A DNA stretch of 64,000 nt, from positions 62,001-126,000 of the forward strand of contig KZ537975.1 of the NCBI GenBank assembly GCA_000934665.2. The letters are read 5' to 3'. The stretch is from Catajapyx aquilonaris. Lineage: Eukaryota. How positions within the stretch are numbered: the stretch's first letter is position 1; the number at the start of each line of letters is the position of its first letter. Made by a program: the position numbers and the translations under genes. Positions 29,553-42,784 of this stretch are shown one piece after another. Below the pieces are notes generated by a model. It was not told the DNA's origin and made no database searches. It saw only the letters and a list, made by a program, of their open reading frames with translations.

Positions 29553-30316
29553 GAAATTCTCAGATATTTCGACTTACCTAAGTGGAAACTGAAAGTGCAC
29601 CTTTTTTTGGTAGATTGCCGAAGAGTTTGTAGGCGCATAAAATCGGCAACGGTTTGGGTTCAAAGTGGCCGAAAAAGTGAGTTCGGTCCTGGGCCTGCGC
29701 CGCGCGTCATAAACCCGCAGACGAATGGGCCCTTCCTCGGGACGGTGCTACACATTAGGCCCGTCTAATGGGTAGGAAACGAGCGTTGGGCCTCCCAAAA
29801 GAAGAAGAAGAAGGGAATATTATCAATTCCCGGTGATTGCCGGGGCTGGCCTCTTGGCCCCCATAGGCAGGCTCATTCTTGCCCAAATGGCACACGTTTA
29901 ATTTTCTACCCCCTTGCACCCTTGATTAGCCATTCACGAGGCTCTCTGTATGCGCCAACCGGCCCTATTTGGACTCACAGCGAGAATGCAAATGGCGGCC
30001 CCCATCGTCTGTCGTCAACCCAAGGGCTTCTTACTCTTTCCTCCAACCCCATGTGGCTTCACCACCCGTACCCTTTCTCTTTACGATCGATTTATACCGC
30101 TTTGATTATCCCGGCAGACCTCTAAGGCGGGATGCACTTACACTGGTTGGCAGTTAGGACCGCATTACCCAGCAAATTACCTGCAGATAATTGATATTTT
30201 TTGCTGATTATTTTATGCACGGTACTGTCTAAAAGTGGCAACACTAGATGGTGTTGAGGCCAGTCAGTGCCTGTGATGTGCCTATGGACTTATAATACTA
30301 AGGTCTGGACACTCCC

Positions 30317-30616
30317 TCTTATCGCCTGCCGTTTTGCATGAGGTGCTCACCTGAGAGCGCCATGAGACCGCTTCTCACTGCTCTATTATGTGGCGACCCT
30401 ACCGGACTACGCTTAACTAAGGTAGAAGAGAAACCGCTATATGCGGGCCCAACATGGGCGCCGGCGACCATGTTGGGTCCCCCAATGTAGCGCTTCCCTT
30501 TTATACCTATAAAGTTCAGCGTAGTCCGGTAGGGTCGCCACATAATAGAGCAGGGAAAGGTCTCATGGCGCTCTCAGGTGAGCACCTCATGCAAAACGCC
30601 CCGGTAGGCGATAAGA
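30317..30616. repeat. 300-bp imperfect palindrome (hairpin 1)
   Basis: Arms pair end to end (TCTTATCGCC...GGCGATAAGA), with two perfect stems of about 36-38 bp, internal loops and an apical CCCAACATGG..CCATGTTGGG stem. Confidence 0.95.
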
Positions 30617-30645
30617 TAATATTGTAGGGGCTGGATGTGCCACAG

Positions 30646-30814
30646 ATCTGCCGGCCCAAGAAGAAACACCATATCTTCAAAACTAGTAAGGGTGAAAGTC
30701 GCGTGCATGTCCTGCACTAATCCCTCTGAGTCAGGGGGGATTAGTGCAGGGCATGCAGGCGACTTTCACCCGTACAAGTTTTGAAGTGGTGTTTCTCATT
30801 GGGACGGCATAGAT
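30646..30814. repeat. About 170-bp imperfect palindrome (hairpin 2) centred on TGAGTCA
   Basis: GAAACACCA..CTTCAAAACT.GTA.GGGTGAAAGTCGC.TGCATG.CCTGCACTAATCCC pairs with its reverse complement at 30737-30795, with almost no loop. Confidence 0.95.
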
Positions 30815-33479
30815 GGCGTTGAGGTCAATCTTCAGTGCCACAGATGGCTCTGGCGGTTAAGGAGTGTTTCCTCCCCAATAATTCTTTTAAAATGGGGCTT
30901 CTACGCACAAGTAGCCATCATTGAGCTAAGACACTACCGGACGTGACTCAGTTTTTCCTCTTATTTTTTGTGTTTTTTCCAGTGGTTCGGTCCTGTGATT
31001 GGGCGAGAATGGAGTCCTGCCCTGCGATCTCGGGCAGCACTTGGCCTCTCTGATGGAGCGCGAAATTGGAATCGGTGGTCATCCAAAGCAGGCCTCTCTG
31101 GGACTGGATAGAGGAAAGGATGCTCCTACAATTTCATGCCGGGCTGGCTCTTCCTCTGAGGTCCCGACCAATCATCCCCGGTCCTTCCAAATCTATTGTT
31201 CGGACCTAATTGGGGCCGTCGGTCCACATCGACACCTCCCCGTAAAAAAGAGCTACAAAATGGCCGGGAATCCGCACAAATCCGGCTCTCGAGTTGTATG
31301 CAATTAACGAATTGTTGCATGCTGGAGGCCCTCCATAAAAAGAAGAGCAGAAAAGAGCCTCGTCACTTCCATTTCCTCTCTTTTCAAGCCGCTTTGAATA
31401 ATCCAACGACCACGCAAATCGTATAAGCGGTGCAAGGACCGTGTCGGCGGTTCAGGTGGTAAAAATCGAGCCGATATTTTCCCCCCCTCTTCCCAGATAC
31501 AGCGTTGACTGGCAATGCATACTAAACCGTCTTCTCAACAATGCAAATCCACGCATCGTGACCATCCCACCGGCTACCGTTTCTCTTTTGTATTACCCTT
31601 GGGGGAGCTACTAGTCTCCATGGGGTCGAAACCTCTCGGCCAGCACCTTTTGATTAATCGTCTCGGCCTCTTGGTCTCTTCCCAGCTTTTGTTTAACCAC
31701 GGGGGTTAATTTGCACGATATGTTACTAGTCACATAGAGGTCCGCTCGCAATTTGTGCTACCGGATTACAACCTGCTCATTTTGGGTGAGGGTCATTTTT
31801 CTGGTTGTCCTCTCTACGTGTTTAACTAAACGGAGGGTTGTTCCTACATGGGCGTGCCTGAATAAATTGCCAAAAAATTGTGGGAGCACGAACTATGTGT
31901 TGTTGGACTGTTCACTTGTACTTTCGAATAATTTTCGAGTTAAAATTTCCCTCAAAAAAGGAGCAAATATTTGAGTGAGATTTCGCTGTGGAAAAAATGG
32001 AGTGGAAAATTATATACTCGAAAGGACAGTGAAAATGTGCGAGTGAAATCCATTTTTTGCTCAATTTGAGTTGGTTTTCGCTCAATCCGAATCCGTTCGC
32101 TCGAACTGAGCGGTCGAAGCTTCTTGGGAATCTCACATCTCAGCAATGCTCGAATTATGTTTAATTTATTTTAGATTTTTATGTAAGCAATTGAAGAACT
32201 CAAACTACAACACAAGTGGACGCTGGGCATATCTGGGTTTGAAGTTTTTAAAAATAACGTAAATAATAATTACGCTGGTCGTGCTTCGTGAAACCTGTTA
32301 TTTCGAGTCAACGCAACACATGACATCGCAAGGTTAGGACACGTTACGTAAACCGGCGTGTCAATATTTTTGACGCGTTCACCTGACGTTTTGATGCAAC
32401 CTGTGTGTGGGGTAATGGTTGGGTGCTGCCGGCGCATCGGACCAAGTCCAAAGAGCTGCTTTCGATAAGACGAGAGGAAGAGAAGGATGTGCATAATTAT
32501 GGGTATACACTTCCGACTCGCTCCTCGATTTACGCGTTTTTCCTCCACTTTTTTTTATACCTGTGAAAAAGACTGCTGCCAACCTGGATGAAGGACGTAA
32601 TTGAGCAATTCCCGACTAGATTTCCCCCCGTTTTCCGGGAATTGTGGTGCCATGCAGCAGGTACATTTAAGCTGGGTAATCATCAGGCTGGGTCTCTAAT
32701 GAGCTTGCGAGGATGTACAGTAGGGTAAGCATAAGAGTTCACATATCAAGCGAGGTCAACTAGTGCTGTCAGAAACAACATGAAAATTAAAACTGGGGTC
32801 TGGCGAGACAGAGGAGGGAAAATCGTAAATGTCGTCAGAAAACGTCAACCACACCTCTCTTCATGCGACATGTACAGGTGGTCGGCATAACGAACCTCTT
32901 AAAATATTGCGATTTTTCAAGCACGTCCATCTCTGAAAATCTGTGGTGTTTTGAGCCGTATTAATGAGCCCGGCACTAATTTCGACCCAGTTTTTGCCCG
33001 GATTATAAAAACATGGAAGGCCCATCAGTTTTAGTTCGGACGTAAGGAAGCAGACGTCCGCCTACCCGGTACGCAATGATTGGAGCATCCGCGAGTTGGC
33101 CAATCTGCGATGGAAAGGTATGCTAATTGAGGCCGAAAGGTTGATTAAACAAAGCAAGGTGGAAAATTGCAACCAGATGATTCATCATAGCAAAAATTAA
33201 AATCGTGTTAGCTTACAGGGTGTACAAATTAGTGGTTGATTGGCTCTAAGCTAATCTTTTAAGCTGTTATTTTCAGTTGTTATTAAAAATATTTGGCCGA
33301 ATTGTTCCATTCAGTCTCTCAATAATTGCAATCAATTTATGGATTTGGAACAATTGGCATCGAATTTGTTCGCAAACAACAAATTTTATGCAGGGCAGAC
33401 CTATACGTATACTTCGTAGGCGTTCAAAGGATTGGTTCATGCAACTTAATATTAGCAACCACTACCACACAGTAAACTA

Positions 33480-34335
33480 CCTAAAATCTAATCAAAAATT
33501 AAAATAAATAATAAAGCAAATTAATAACTGAAATAAATAATAAAATAAGTAATAACTAGAGAACGGATTTCTAGGTTTTTACCTACTTTTTCTTTTGTAG
33601 GCAGAACACCGGAACCAAATTATCTATCCGTTTCATAACACAAAGACCTCAAAAATCGTAGTTTTATAGAACCTAAAAATGCCTATTTCGGGTGTTCGGA
33701 CCTAAATGGCCTATTAGCACCTATTAGTGCCTATTTCGACCTTTTTCACGCCATTCGGTAAGATTTTCGAGAGTTCTGCAGGTTTTCCGCTCAAGGAATC
33801 CCTCCCACTTGAACCTGTGACAAGCGAAGAAGCGGTTGATCGGCAAGATCCCGGGTAATATGCCGTTAACAGCTATTGCGATTCGAAATAACTGTTATTA
33901 ATAGCCGTTAAATAAGCTGCTACATTCGGCCCGACGGAGCAGCATCTTAACCGATCTTAACTGTCGCCGAATAACTGCGATTAACCAACGAAAATATGGA
34001 ATAACGGCTAGTTCGTTACTGTTCTGCAAAATTCCATGGCCAGGAGTAGGCCTGTAAATATGAGTAGAAATTAAAATAAATTAGAACCAGCTTGATTTAT
34101 AGTGCCTATTTAAGAGCCTATTTTGACTGTTTTCAGGGCCTAAATGCCTACCTATTTGAGGGTTTTTTAGAACCTAGAAATCCGTTCTCTAGTAATAACC
34201 TATAAAATAAATAGCAACTGTAACAACAAAATAACAATTGCAATAGCTAATAAAATAGCCAATAAATTACAATAGCTAATGAAATAAAAAATATCTAAGA
34301 AAATCAATATGAATAAAATAATGAAATAAAATACA
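33480..34335. repeat. A-rich low-complexity (AATAA/AATAGC-like) tract split by the hAT MITE
   Basis: The same degenerate A-rich units flank the MITE on both sides. Confidence 0.7.
33557..34191. mobile_element. Non-autonomous hAT-like DNA transposon (MITE), 635 bp
   Basis: Perfect 21-bp TIR TAGAGAACGGATTTCTAGGTT; perfect 8-bp TSD GTAATAAC (33549-33556 and 34192-34199); multiple subterminal GCCTATT/CCTAAA motifs; no ORF. Confidence 0.9.
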
Positions 34336-36191
34336 TCGGTTTTGATTCAATTAGAATGATTTTTAAGCCAAGATTCGAGTTCTCCTTTAAAGTTGAACTG
34401 GCTTTTTGTCTCAACATTTGATTCCAAATGACTCCACAATGCTGGATCACGAGTGATTTTCAATATCCCCCCCCCCCCCCCAAATATTTTTTTTGCAGTT
34501 CACATTATTTTGAAGTTGAAATGGCCGCAATTTCGGGAGTCCATAAGGAGCAAGCACAGTATAGAGAGCGTGGTGGGGATATGATGTGGTCAGGTCAGGA
34601 TGTGTTGTGTGACGTGATGCTGGACCATCCAGCAGCATGCAGGTATATTCATAGAGGGGGATGGATGAGCCGAGAGGAGGCGCGAGAGGCCATGCGTGTC
34701 GAGAGTGTATCACTGGCAGTGAACTCTGCTTCCGGCCCTTGATGTACCTCATCGGTGCGAAGGGATGCTGAAGCAGATCTCCTCTTCTGGTTTGGGTCAC
34801 TTCGACCGTGAATCGGAACAGAACGAGGAAATGAAGCTTCACACAAGCTGGATTGCTGCTGGATGGGTTCAACTATCGGCGACCTTTTCCTTTGTCCAAA
34901 CCTTCGACGCGTCATGAACTCGAATGTGCTGATCCACTCGGCTTTTGTTTCTCCAACAATTGCTCCGTTGCTTGTCCTACAATGTTTGAAGACTCTGTGG
35001 CTACGGAAACGGGGCTGCACCGAATTAGCTATACACGTGGTCCAAATTTTCGGTTGTTTATCCCAGCAACCAGTTTCAGAGAAGCAACAATAAGGGCATT
35101 CATCTGGCGAAATGCTGTTGGCAAACAATTGTTGATTTTTTTACTTACTCTGTATAGGTCTTGATCCGAAGATTTGGCAGCTCAACACCCTAGAACAAAG
35201 AAATTGAAGCCATTAGTCAATAATGGAAATTAATAATATCTTTTTGCAGAAAATTTCCCCCTCCTTTCCCCCACATGCATAATGTTACATTTCACACACT
35301 GCCACTTTACGACTGCTGCAAGGTTATAATTGGCCAGTGCAGTAGACACTTTCAGTCTTGGATGTACTTTGCTTGCATGTATGATGCTGCCTATCCTGGA
35401 ACAACACAGTTTAGTACACACTTCTTTCTGCCCAAGTGACTCGAACACGGTTTTAAAAATAATCAACAGGTCTACGAAGCGTAAGATTCAGTCCTCATTA
35501 AAAAGCTCTCGTAAAGAAGGACAATGCAGTTGTATATTACAGTCTGATGCCATTTTATTATTATTTTATTAATTTTGTCGACATTTATTGCAATTATTCC
35601 CCAGCATGCAGTGACGGGACATGCACTCCCAAATGCGATGCATTACAACTAGAAGACAGCATCAAACATGACTCACAATTTCAAACCGGTGCTTTGTGTA
35701 CTGTCAAAAGCAGGAGTCAGTCTCTGAGAAAAGTGGCTCTCAGTGAAAACTATTCAGTCGCATTTTGACACAGGCAGAACAAGATCAGGTCCTAGGATAA
35801 AGGCGTATCGGCCACAAAAATCGCAGCACCCAGTTTCTAACCCTCCTCGATACATGCTTTCCATGTGGCATATAAAAAAAGGAGGAGAAGAAGAGAAGAG
35901 AGAACCGGTCCCCCTTCTCCTCTGTTGGAGCGAAAATTCCAGATGAAATCCCTCCAAATATGCGATAAGGCCCAAGATGCCTCTTCCTAACGAGCTTATT
36001 ACACTTTTGTTTCAGATGGAATTAGTCCCTTAATTCCGATTATGCCTGGACTTTATCAGGGGAGCTCAGGAGGAGGAAACAAATTGGTTTGGGCTCCGGA
36101 GGAGACAGTCCAGAAAACTTCATGGGGGGACCCCTTTTGGGACAGGGACAAAAATCCAATCTCTTCCATCACATTTTCTTTTCACTTTGGA

Positions 36192-36218
36192 AAGAAGAAG
36201 AAGAAGAAGAAGAAGAAG
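36192..36218. repeat. (AAG)9 microsatellite
   Basis: Read directly; explains the spurious poly-K and poly-E ORFs in the track. Confidence 0.95.
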
Positions 36219-39200
36219 AGAAAAAAAGAGGGCAGCAGCAAAAGCAAGGAAATCGTGAGTGTTCTCTCCCACACGCTGTCAGTATTTCAGTAAGTGCAAT
36301 TTCTCCTAATTGTCCTCATATGCAAATGAACGTGCTGGCTCATGCGGAGAAATCCATTAATCACATGAACCCTGGGTTTTCTGGGAAGCAACGGTTCGAT
36401 CAAGAAAAACATACATAGACAACAATACGATTTCCGATTTCACTGCCGGATATATTATTCAGTAAGGTGCTATTTGGTCGCGGCAGAAGCTGGCTAATAT
36501 TTAATAGAAGCCTGATATTTCACAAAAGGCACGTTTGCCATTGAATGTTTTATTAGGAGGCACTAAGAAAAATTGTACAATAGCAGTCAATACCTTTTGT
36601 CGGGGTCGGCATTGTTGAAATGATGTAGTGCGTCTTAATTTCACTCCTTTTAGAAAGTTCAGTGGGAATAGCATATTACGCACGTGTTATTTGCTGGCAC
36701 TGTATGGATCATTGCATGCCAAGGTTGGACCAAGGCCTATAATACCTTTGGGCACACAAATCACATTACAGCATGTATCAATAAATCGACACCCATAAAT
36801 TAGCATATTGCACTTCCGTTTCCTTGAGACTCGGACGCTGAACGAATAAAAACAAAAAAAAACCCTTTCATTTTTACGACATCATCACAACCTGTTGACA
36901 AATAACTTTGACCACTTTGTCAAAAACTAAACTGAGCTATCAAAAAGCCCTTATGTGGACATTAATGCCTCGACCCCACCCTGAACCGATCGACACCCTC
37001 AAAAGGGGGGGCCCCCAAAATTAACAATCTTCCAACACTGGACAAAAGGCTGTGACAAAAGTGTGGGTGAGAGTGTTAGTACTTGAAACTGGTTCACCTT
37101 CCCGAGCACCGGGCCTATATCGCCGGGCGGTTATTACTAATCCTGTCATCAAGCCCACATAGTCCGGCATAACTTGACAGTATTGGCAAGAAAAGCGGCG
37201 CCAGATGGAAGATGATTGGTCAATCGGTTCTCAGATAATGTTATTGCCACGCGTCGTAAAAATAAATCTCCCCAGGTTTTATTGCCGTCTGATGACAATA
37301 AAAACGGACCTTCTGAAATTCTCATCGGGACAAAAAAAATAATTACAAAAGGTGGACACACTTGTTGCTGGAATTAAAATAAGGGTAATTGGTCCTAAAC
37401 TAATTTGATACACAATGGCAATCCAGCCAGTATCAGACTTTTTGTCCACATTTTTTGGGGGGGTCCGATTTGGAAATTTTTGCGTTTAAGAATTCCTGAG
37501 ATGTCGAGGCAAGTTCTGATTGACCTTCAGGTGAGACCGGAAAGAGGGGGTAAAAAGAGGTGGTCACCTATCACGCATCCTGATTTTACATTCGCCATAT
37601 CATCAAGATAAGAGAAGCTGTTGTGTACATGTTAAGTGACGCATATCGAACGCATATTCTGCCCAGAATTATATACAAAAGAACAAGTTTGAGGCGTACC
37701 AATGAGCGTGTAGGCTACACTCTTCTTATAAGTGTCACGTATTTACATGGGCTTGGAAATATTTAATTCGAGCTATGTCCCTGCATGCTGGAGCCATTGT
37801 CCAGCATCCCTGGAGGATCATCAAGAGGAGAAAGGGGCAGCCATCATGTCTCCTGCACAGCCAACACGTTCGAACAAAGGCGGACCAACCAAGGACAAGA
37901 AAAGATGAAAGAGTCCAAGTCACGCATACCAAATCGCACATATTCAAATAGCGATTTGTTCTGCACGTCATAGAAAAAAAAAGTCGTGTCCCCCTCGACA
38001 GTCTCAATGTCAGGATGTGAGCGTGTGTGTATCAAAATGTTTGTCAGAATTGAATCATTCGGACTTGTAGGGATTCCCCACCTGATGGAGCCACCGGCCA
38101 AGGTGGAATCCAGGTGAGAAACACACCTGGATAGATACCTTGTCGCAACATCACGCCACCTGCACTTTCAATGAAGAACTACGTGCACCTCTGTCGGTTA
38201 TGTCCACGGTTATGTCAATGTCGACGTTATGAAATGCCGTACACACCAAAGTTGGGCGAACATAAAGTAGGCCTGTGCCACATACGTAAATTATTAATAT
38301 CCGTTTTAAAATGGTTAATTGCCGACTTTCCCCATTAACCAGTCTTTTTGCAAAATTAGTTATTATAACGTTATGCATGAGTAAACTGGTACACGTTGTG
38401 AGGAGAAAGACAGCTTAATCGTGGTTTTTAATTGCGTGCGTATAATCAGGTCCGTTGATGAAATCTATTTGCTGGTTCAGGTATTTTGACAGCACACACA
38501 CATCAAGCCGAATGTGGGTATATAATATGCATAAACAAGTCCGGAGGCGAGTGACGGCTCGTGACGATCATTTAAACAAAAAAAGAAATTAACCATCCGT
38601 TAGTTTTCTCCCGGTATTTTAACTCACGCAAACTTGCTCCATTCTGTATAGGATGGCAGCAAGGGCACCTTTCCAGAACAATTATCTCATCATCAGTAAA
38701 TTACTAACGCCGCATTAAAAATTAAGTATCTGCAACACGAATCGCCTAACCATCTGCCAAATTTATTCCTCATCTCAACCTTCCCCTACCTGCGACTCCA
38801 TCAACCTAATGGAGTCAGGATAAGGCCACAGTTTTTTTTAGAGAGAGACTATCAATTATTAATCACCCTGTGGACAAGGGTCTGCGCAGTGTCTCCACCT
38901 ACCTGCCCACACCTGAATCCAAACCAGGGCAGAACCTGATTGGCCACAGTGCTTTGAAGATGCGGGATTGGCCGAGCTGGTTTCGCGAGGGACACCATCT
39001 CTTTTGTATTTTTTTGTTCCGAAGAAGTAGAGGGGGCTGTCGGTTTAGACTGAGAGAAAAAAAAGAGTGTTCTTCCTGGAGGCAATATGAATGCGAAAGG
39101 GAAAAGTAGTTCATAAGATCAGGTGATGGCGAGGAGGTAGGAACTGCTTGGGACACAGTGCCGCGAGTGGTTAGTGGTGTGTGTTAGTGGTATGGTACCG

Positions 39201-39232
39201 GCGCACGTGTACCGGAGAAGCCTCTGACACTC

Positions 39233-39328
39233 ATGTCGGCAGTGACCGATGGCATGTGTTTTGTGTCTAGCAGTCACCCGGCGGGAACGTGCTTCAAGAT
39301 GACGGCGGAAATATCCTACTTTCAAGAC
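39233..39328 (+). CDS. KLF2/4-like: KLF-B predicted coding exon 1 (MSAVTDGMCFVSSSHPAGTCFKMTAEISYFQD)
   Basis: First ATG after an in-frame TAG (39185-39187); 32 codons ending at a GTAAGT donor (39329). Phase 0 matches the TTGTCTCCAG|ATG acceptor at 42784/42785. Mirrors KLF-A exon 1 in length and in both ends. Confidence 0.75.
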
Positions 39329-42300
39329 GTAAGTTTGTTAGTGACTTGATTTTGCGAATGGAACATGTTGCGCCATTGGCTTTCAATCAGTGCGATATAA
39401 CGCAACGAAGCTTTCACTTCGCCGCGTAACATTAAATGTCACTCACCCGATAATTTTTATTGCTGCGGTTGTCATTGTTGTTGTGACAGTGTAATATATT
39501 TTAATCCGGCTTACAGGACCAGAAATTTTCTCTCAAGTTTTAAGAAATTTGGGGGATAAGCCGGCGTGGGATAACTGGAATGGGTGTCACGTCTCAGCAG
39601 GAAGGAAATTCATTTGAAGCGTTTAATGAGTTGGAAAAAAAGAGTAAACATGTCACAGTGTTCTGGGAAAAAAGGATTTACCGTGTGACATATACGTTGG
39701 CTTCACCCAACACATTTCATGATAATGGTGTGCCGCACACACCGAGTCATTATGGTTCCAGTTGCCGGGAGGACGTCAGTTTCAATTTTTCTTCGGGGGT
39801 TTTCACGTCCAAAAAGTCGGCACGCCAGCCCATCACACATTTTATTCATGCTGTGGGCATACCCTGTACGGCAAGCTGATGCATGAGTAGACAAAATGAT
39901 GTGCGGTATGTCGGTTGCGTTGTGCTCTTAATATTAACTGGCATTGTGTAACTAAATCATGTCATTTGAGAATTAATGCGCTGACCTTGACCTGTGATCG
40001 AAGCATCATGTAAGAGGCCGATTTTTAATTGAACTGCATAGCCTAATGTTCGTGCATAGCCGCAGGCATTGTTGCATAACTTCTCAAATCTTTAATTAAA
40101 ATTTAAGCTGGTGGTCAAGGTGCCGATTTTTAATTACTACAGTACTGTAATTATAAATGTGGCTAGATTAGGTCGCTGCTGGTAAATTATGCTTTCAATG
40201 GCGTGGAAATGTCCAGAATTATTTTACTTGTTAATTACAAAGTACCTGGCCTATTGTCATGCACACTATAGTACGTATAACTAACAGACAAATATATTTG
40301 ATCATAAAGATATCTTCTGATGGCCCCATGTTCTCCAGACACGCTAACAATACCCCCATAACATCGAAACGACCTATAACATTCATTTTGCACCACACAT
40401 TTTCCTCCAGTATTTTTATGACGTACTAACAAGGCCTCATTACACTCAACCCCAAGTTGAGAGGACAATTATTGCATCTGAATCATTCGTTACGGCTCCT
40501 AATTACCGATTTTACAGTCCTCTTTATTTAAGCCCGAACCTCTGCAAAAATTGGCAAGGAAACTCAGTATGAGGCCATAGAAATGATTGAACACATAAGG
40601 CATCACAAAGATTAGCCGCCATTTCGAGCACGATACGTGATACTAATTTTGCATCTGTTGTGTGTAGGCATACTTCAAGGAATGCACCGACGGGTGAAAC
40701 TGCGAGAGTAATTAATAACTGACGTCAATATCCCGCATACTTAACCAAGGCCCGCCTGCATGTTTTTTTGGTTGGCAAGACCCGTCGCGGTCTGAGATCA
40801 GATGGAACGATACGGTCTCTTGAGAAGCTGTCTTACCGTACAATTTACATTTGCAAACCCTCCACTTCTAAGAACGGTGCTGATATTGAGTCACGCTCTT
40901 GCGAACTTTAGACCGGCAAGACATTTCGCAAAGTTTACAAGTTCCGTTATTTGCGCACTTTTTATGCGAACAACCTGAGATAATATTTGCACTTGTGACT
41001 AGTCGACTGTAAAAAAATATTTCGACATAATAGCTGACGTCCGCATAATTTTTACATAATGAGCAAAATATTCGTTAGTATCAATGCAGCTAATATTCGA
41101 CAGAAAAAAAAAACAATCGAGTTTTTCTGTAATTTTTAATATCGAGAAAACCACTCTGAATAATTTTTCCCACTTAAAAAATGGACGCATTCCTGTTGAC
41201 TCGAGACAGGTAGAGTCATCCTATCCGAACATTTACTTTGCTCGTCCGCCCGTGAGGGTGACCCCCACCGAAGAGCATGGTTGGGGGGATGACTCCTTGT
41301 TTGCACTTGAACGACAGTATTACCTTTCTAAATTTCCGGAATGGATAAGAGTAGGGGGAGACCCATATTAATACGAGCAGCAAACTGCCGGAGCAAATAT
41401 TTGAACTTTCTCATCTTCCTGTCGTTAGAGACGGGTTTTCTGGGCGTCTGATGTCCCTAAGGCAAGTATATCACGCAGTGTTTCAGTCCAGTTCACACAC
41501 GTTAATAGCCCTAGGGAGGGTTGGATTTTTTTTTTCTTCTTCCAAAAACAGACAATTAGTGACTCTCACACACCTAGCGCGAAATTGGTTTTTTTAAAGT
41601 TAATTGCGACCGGCTTTTTGGTAAACATGGGGAGGCGCGTCTAATTTCCTGGCCAATATCTAAAACTTGAGACGTTATCAAAGGAGCGGCCAATTTATAC
41701 CGTGATGTTCGAATAAAGACGGGATGAACGTCCTACACGTCGCAACCAGGTACCGGCTAATATCACTTCCCTTACCTGATCACCATTGGTTGGCCGTCCA
41801 TCATATAACCCAGGGGTTGCTTATAAGTGTGGTGACCGGATCATAAAACATATCGAAATGGGCTGCCACGCATGGGACTCCCCCTGCTGTGGGATGGGAA
41901 ATATGCTGCTGGGAGGCTACTGTGACTGTGACATGAATACTCAAAATCTTGTTGGAATCTGCGAAAAGGAGTGACCAGTCTGAACTTTCACCGTGGCTGG
42001 AAGCAACGCGTCACGATTCCTATTCCGTACTCCGCTGGCTAACTTCACGCATCAGGATTCATCTGTCCCATTCTTCACAGTTTTAAAATAATTAATTGTC
42101 GATCAGTATCGGCAAGATTCATTTATGCCGCTCACATGCAATATTGCCGATTAAAATCTCACAAATATAACGGAAACCGCGGAACCTACTTTCCTTTGTG
42201 AAAGTTCGGTCTGGAGTACACTTGTATGGATACAGTATTTTTTGTTTTGTTTCAAGAGCATGATATCGCGCTTGAATGCATTCAGATTACGATCCCTGAT

Positions 42301-42784
42301 CAGTTGCGACCGCAACGTCCGAATTAATTTGGCCGGAACCAAAGATCATCCCCAGATTCATATTAGTCATCATTGTTTAACTGCGCACATATTTTTGACG
42401 TATAGAAAGTGGGTTACAGGTGTTTCCGCGTTTGTGGTAGGCCGTAAGAAAGTGAGACAGGCATCCAAACAATGGTCGGTGTAATTTAACTGAAATTGGC
42501 GGTGGCGATTTCTCTAACAGACTCTAATCGGGGTTCTTCACTCCCCTATGGTGGGCGTGGGTGACAGATGAGATTCGAAGGTATACTGCAACACTCACAA
42601 AAAAAAAGTCCCCAGTCCAGATCCACCTCGTGACTATCAGTTTGAGAGGAACATGCGCTTGTTCTGGTCAACGGGACACCAGATGGTGCCGCAATTTAAT
42701 AATATAAATTTGGTCTTGGCCTCCATTAGTGTCTCAACATTTCCTCCATTAACCGTGGTTCCCCCTCTTCTTGTTTGTCTCCAG

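Noticed and set aside
34649..35164. Overlapping ORFs of 100-159 aa on both strands
   Set aside because: No recognisable domain and no consistent splice structure.
36974..42560. CCMCRCCC KLF sites near KLF-B (about 36975 and 42553-42560)
   Set aside because: A few such 8-mers are expected by chance in 64 kb; no clear enrichment.
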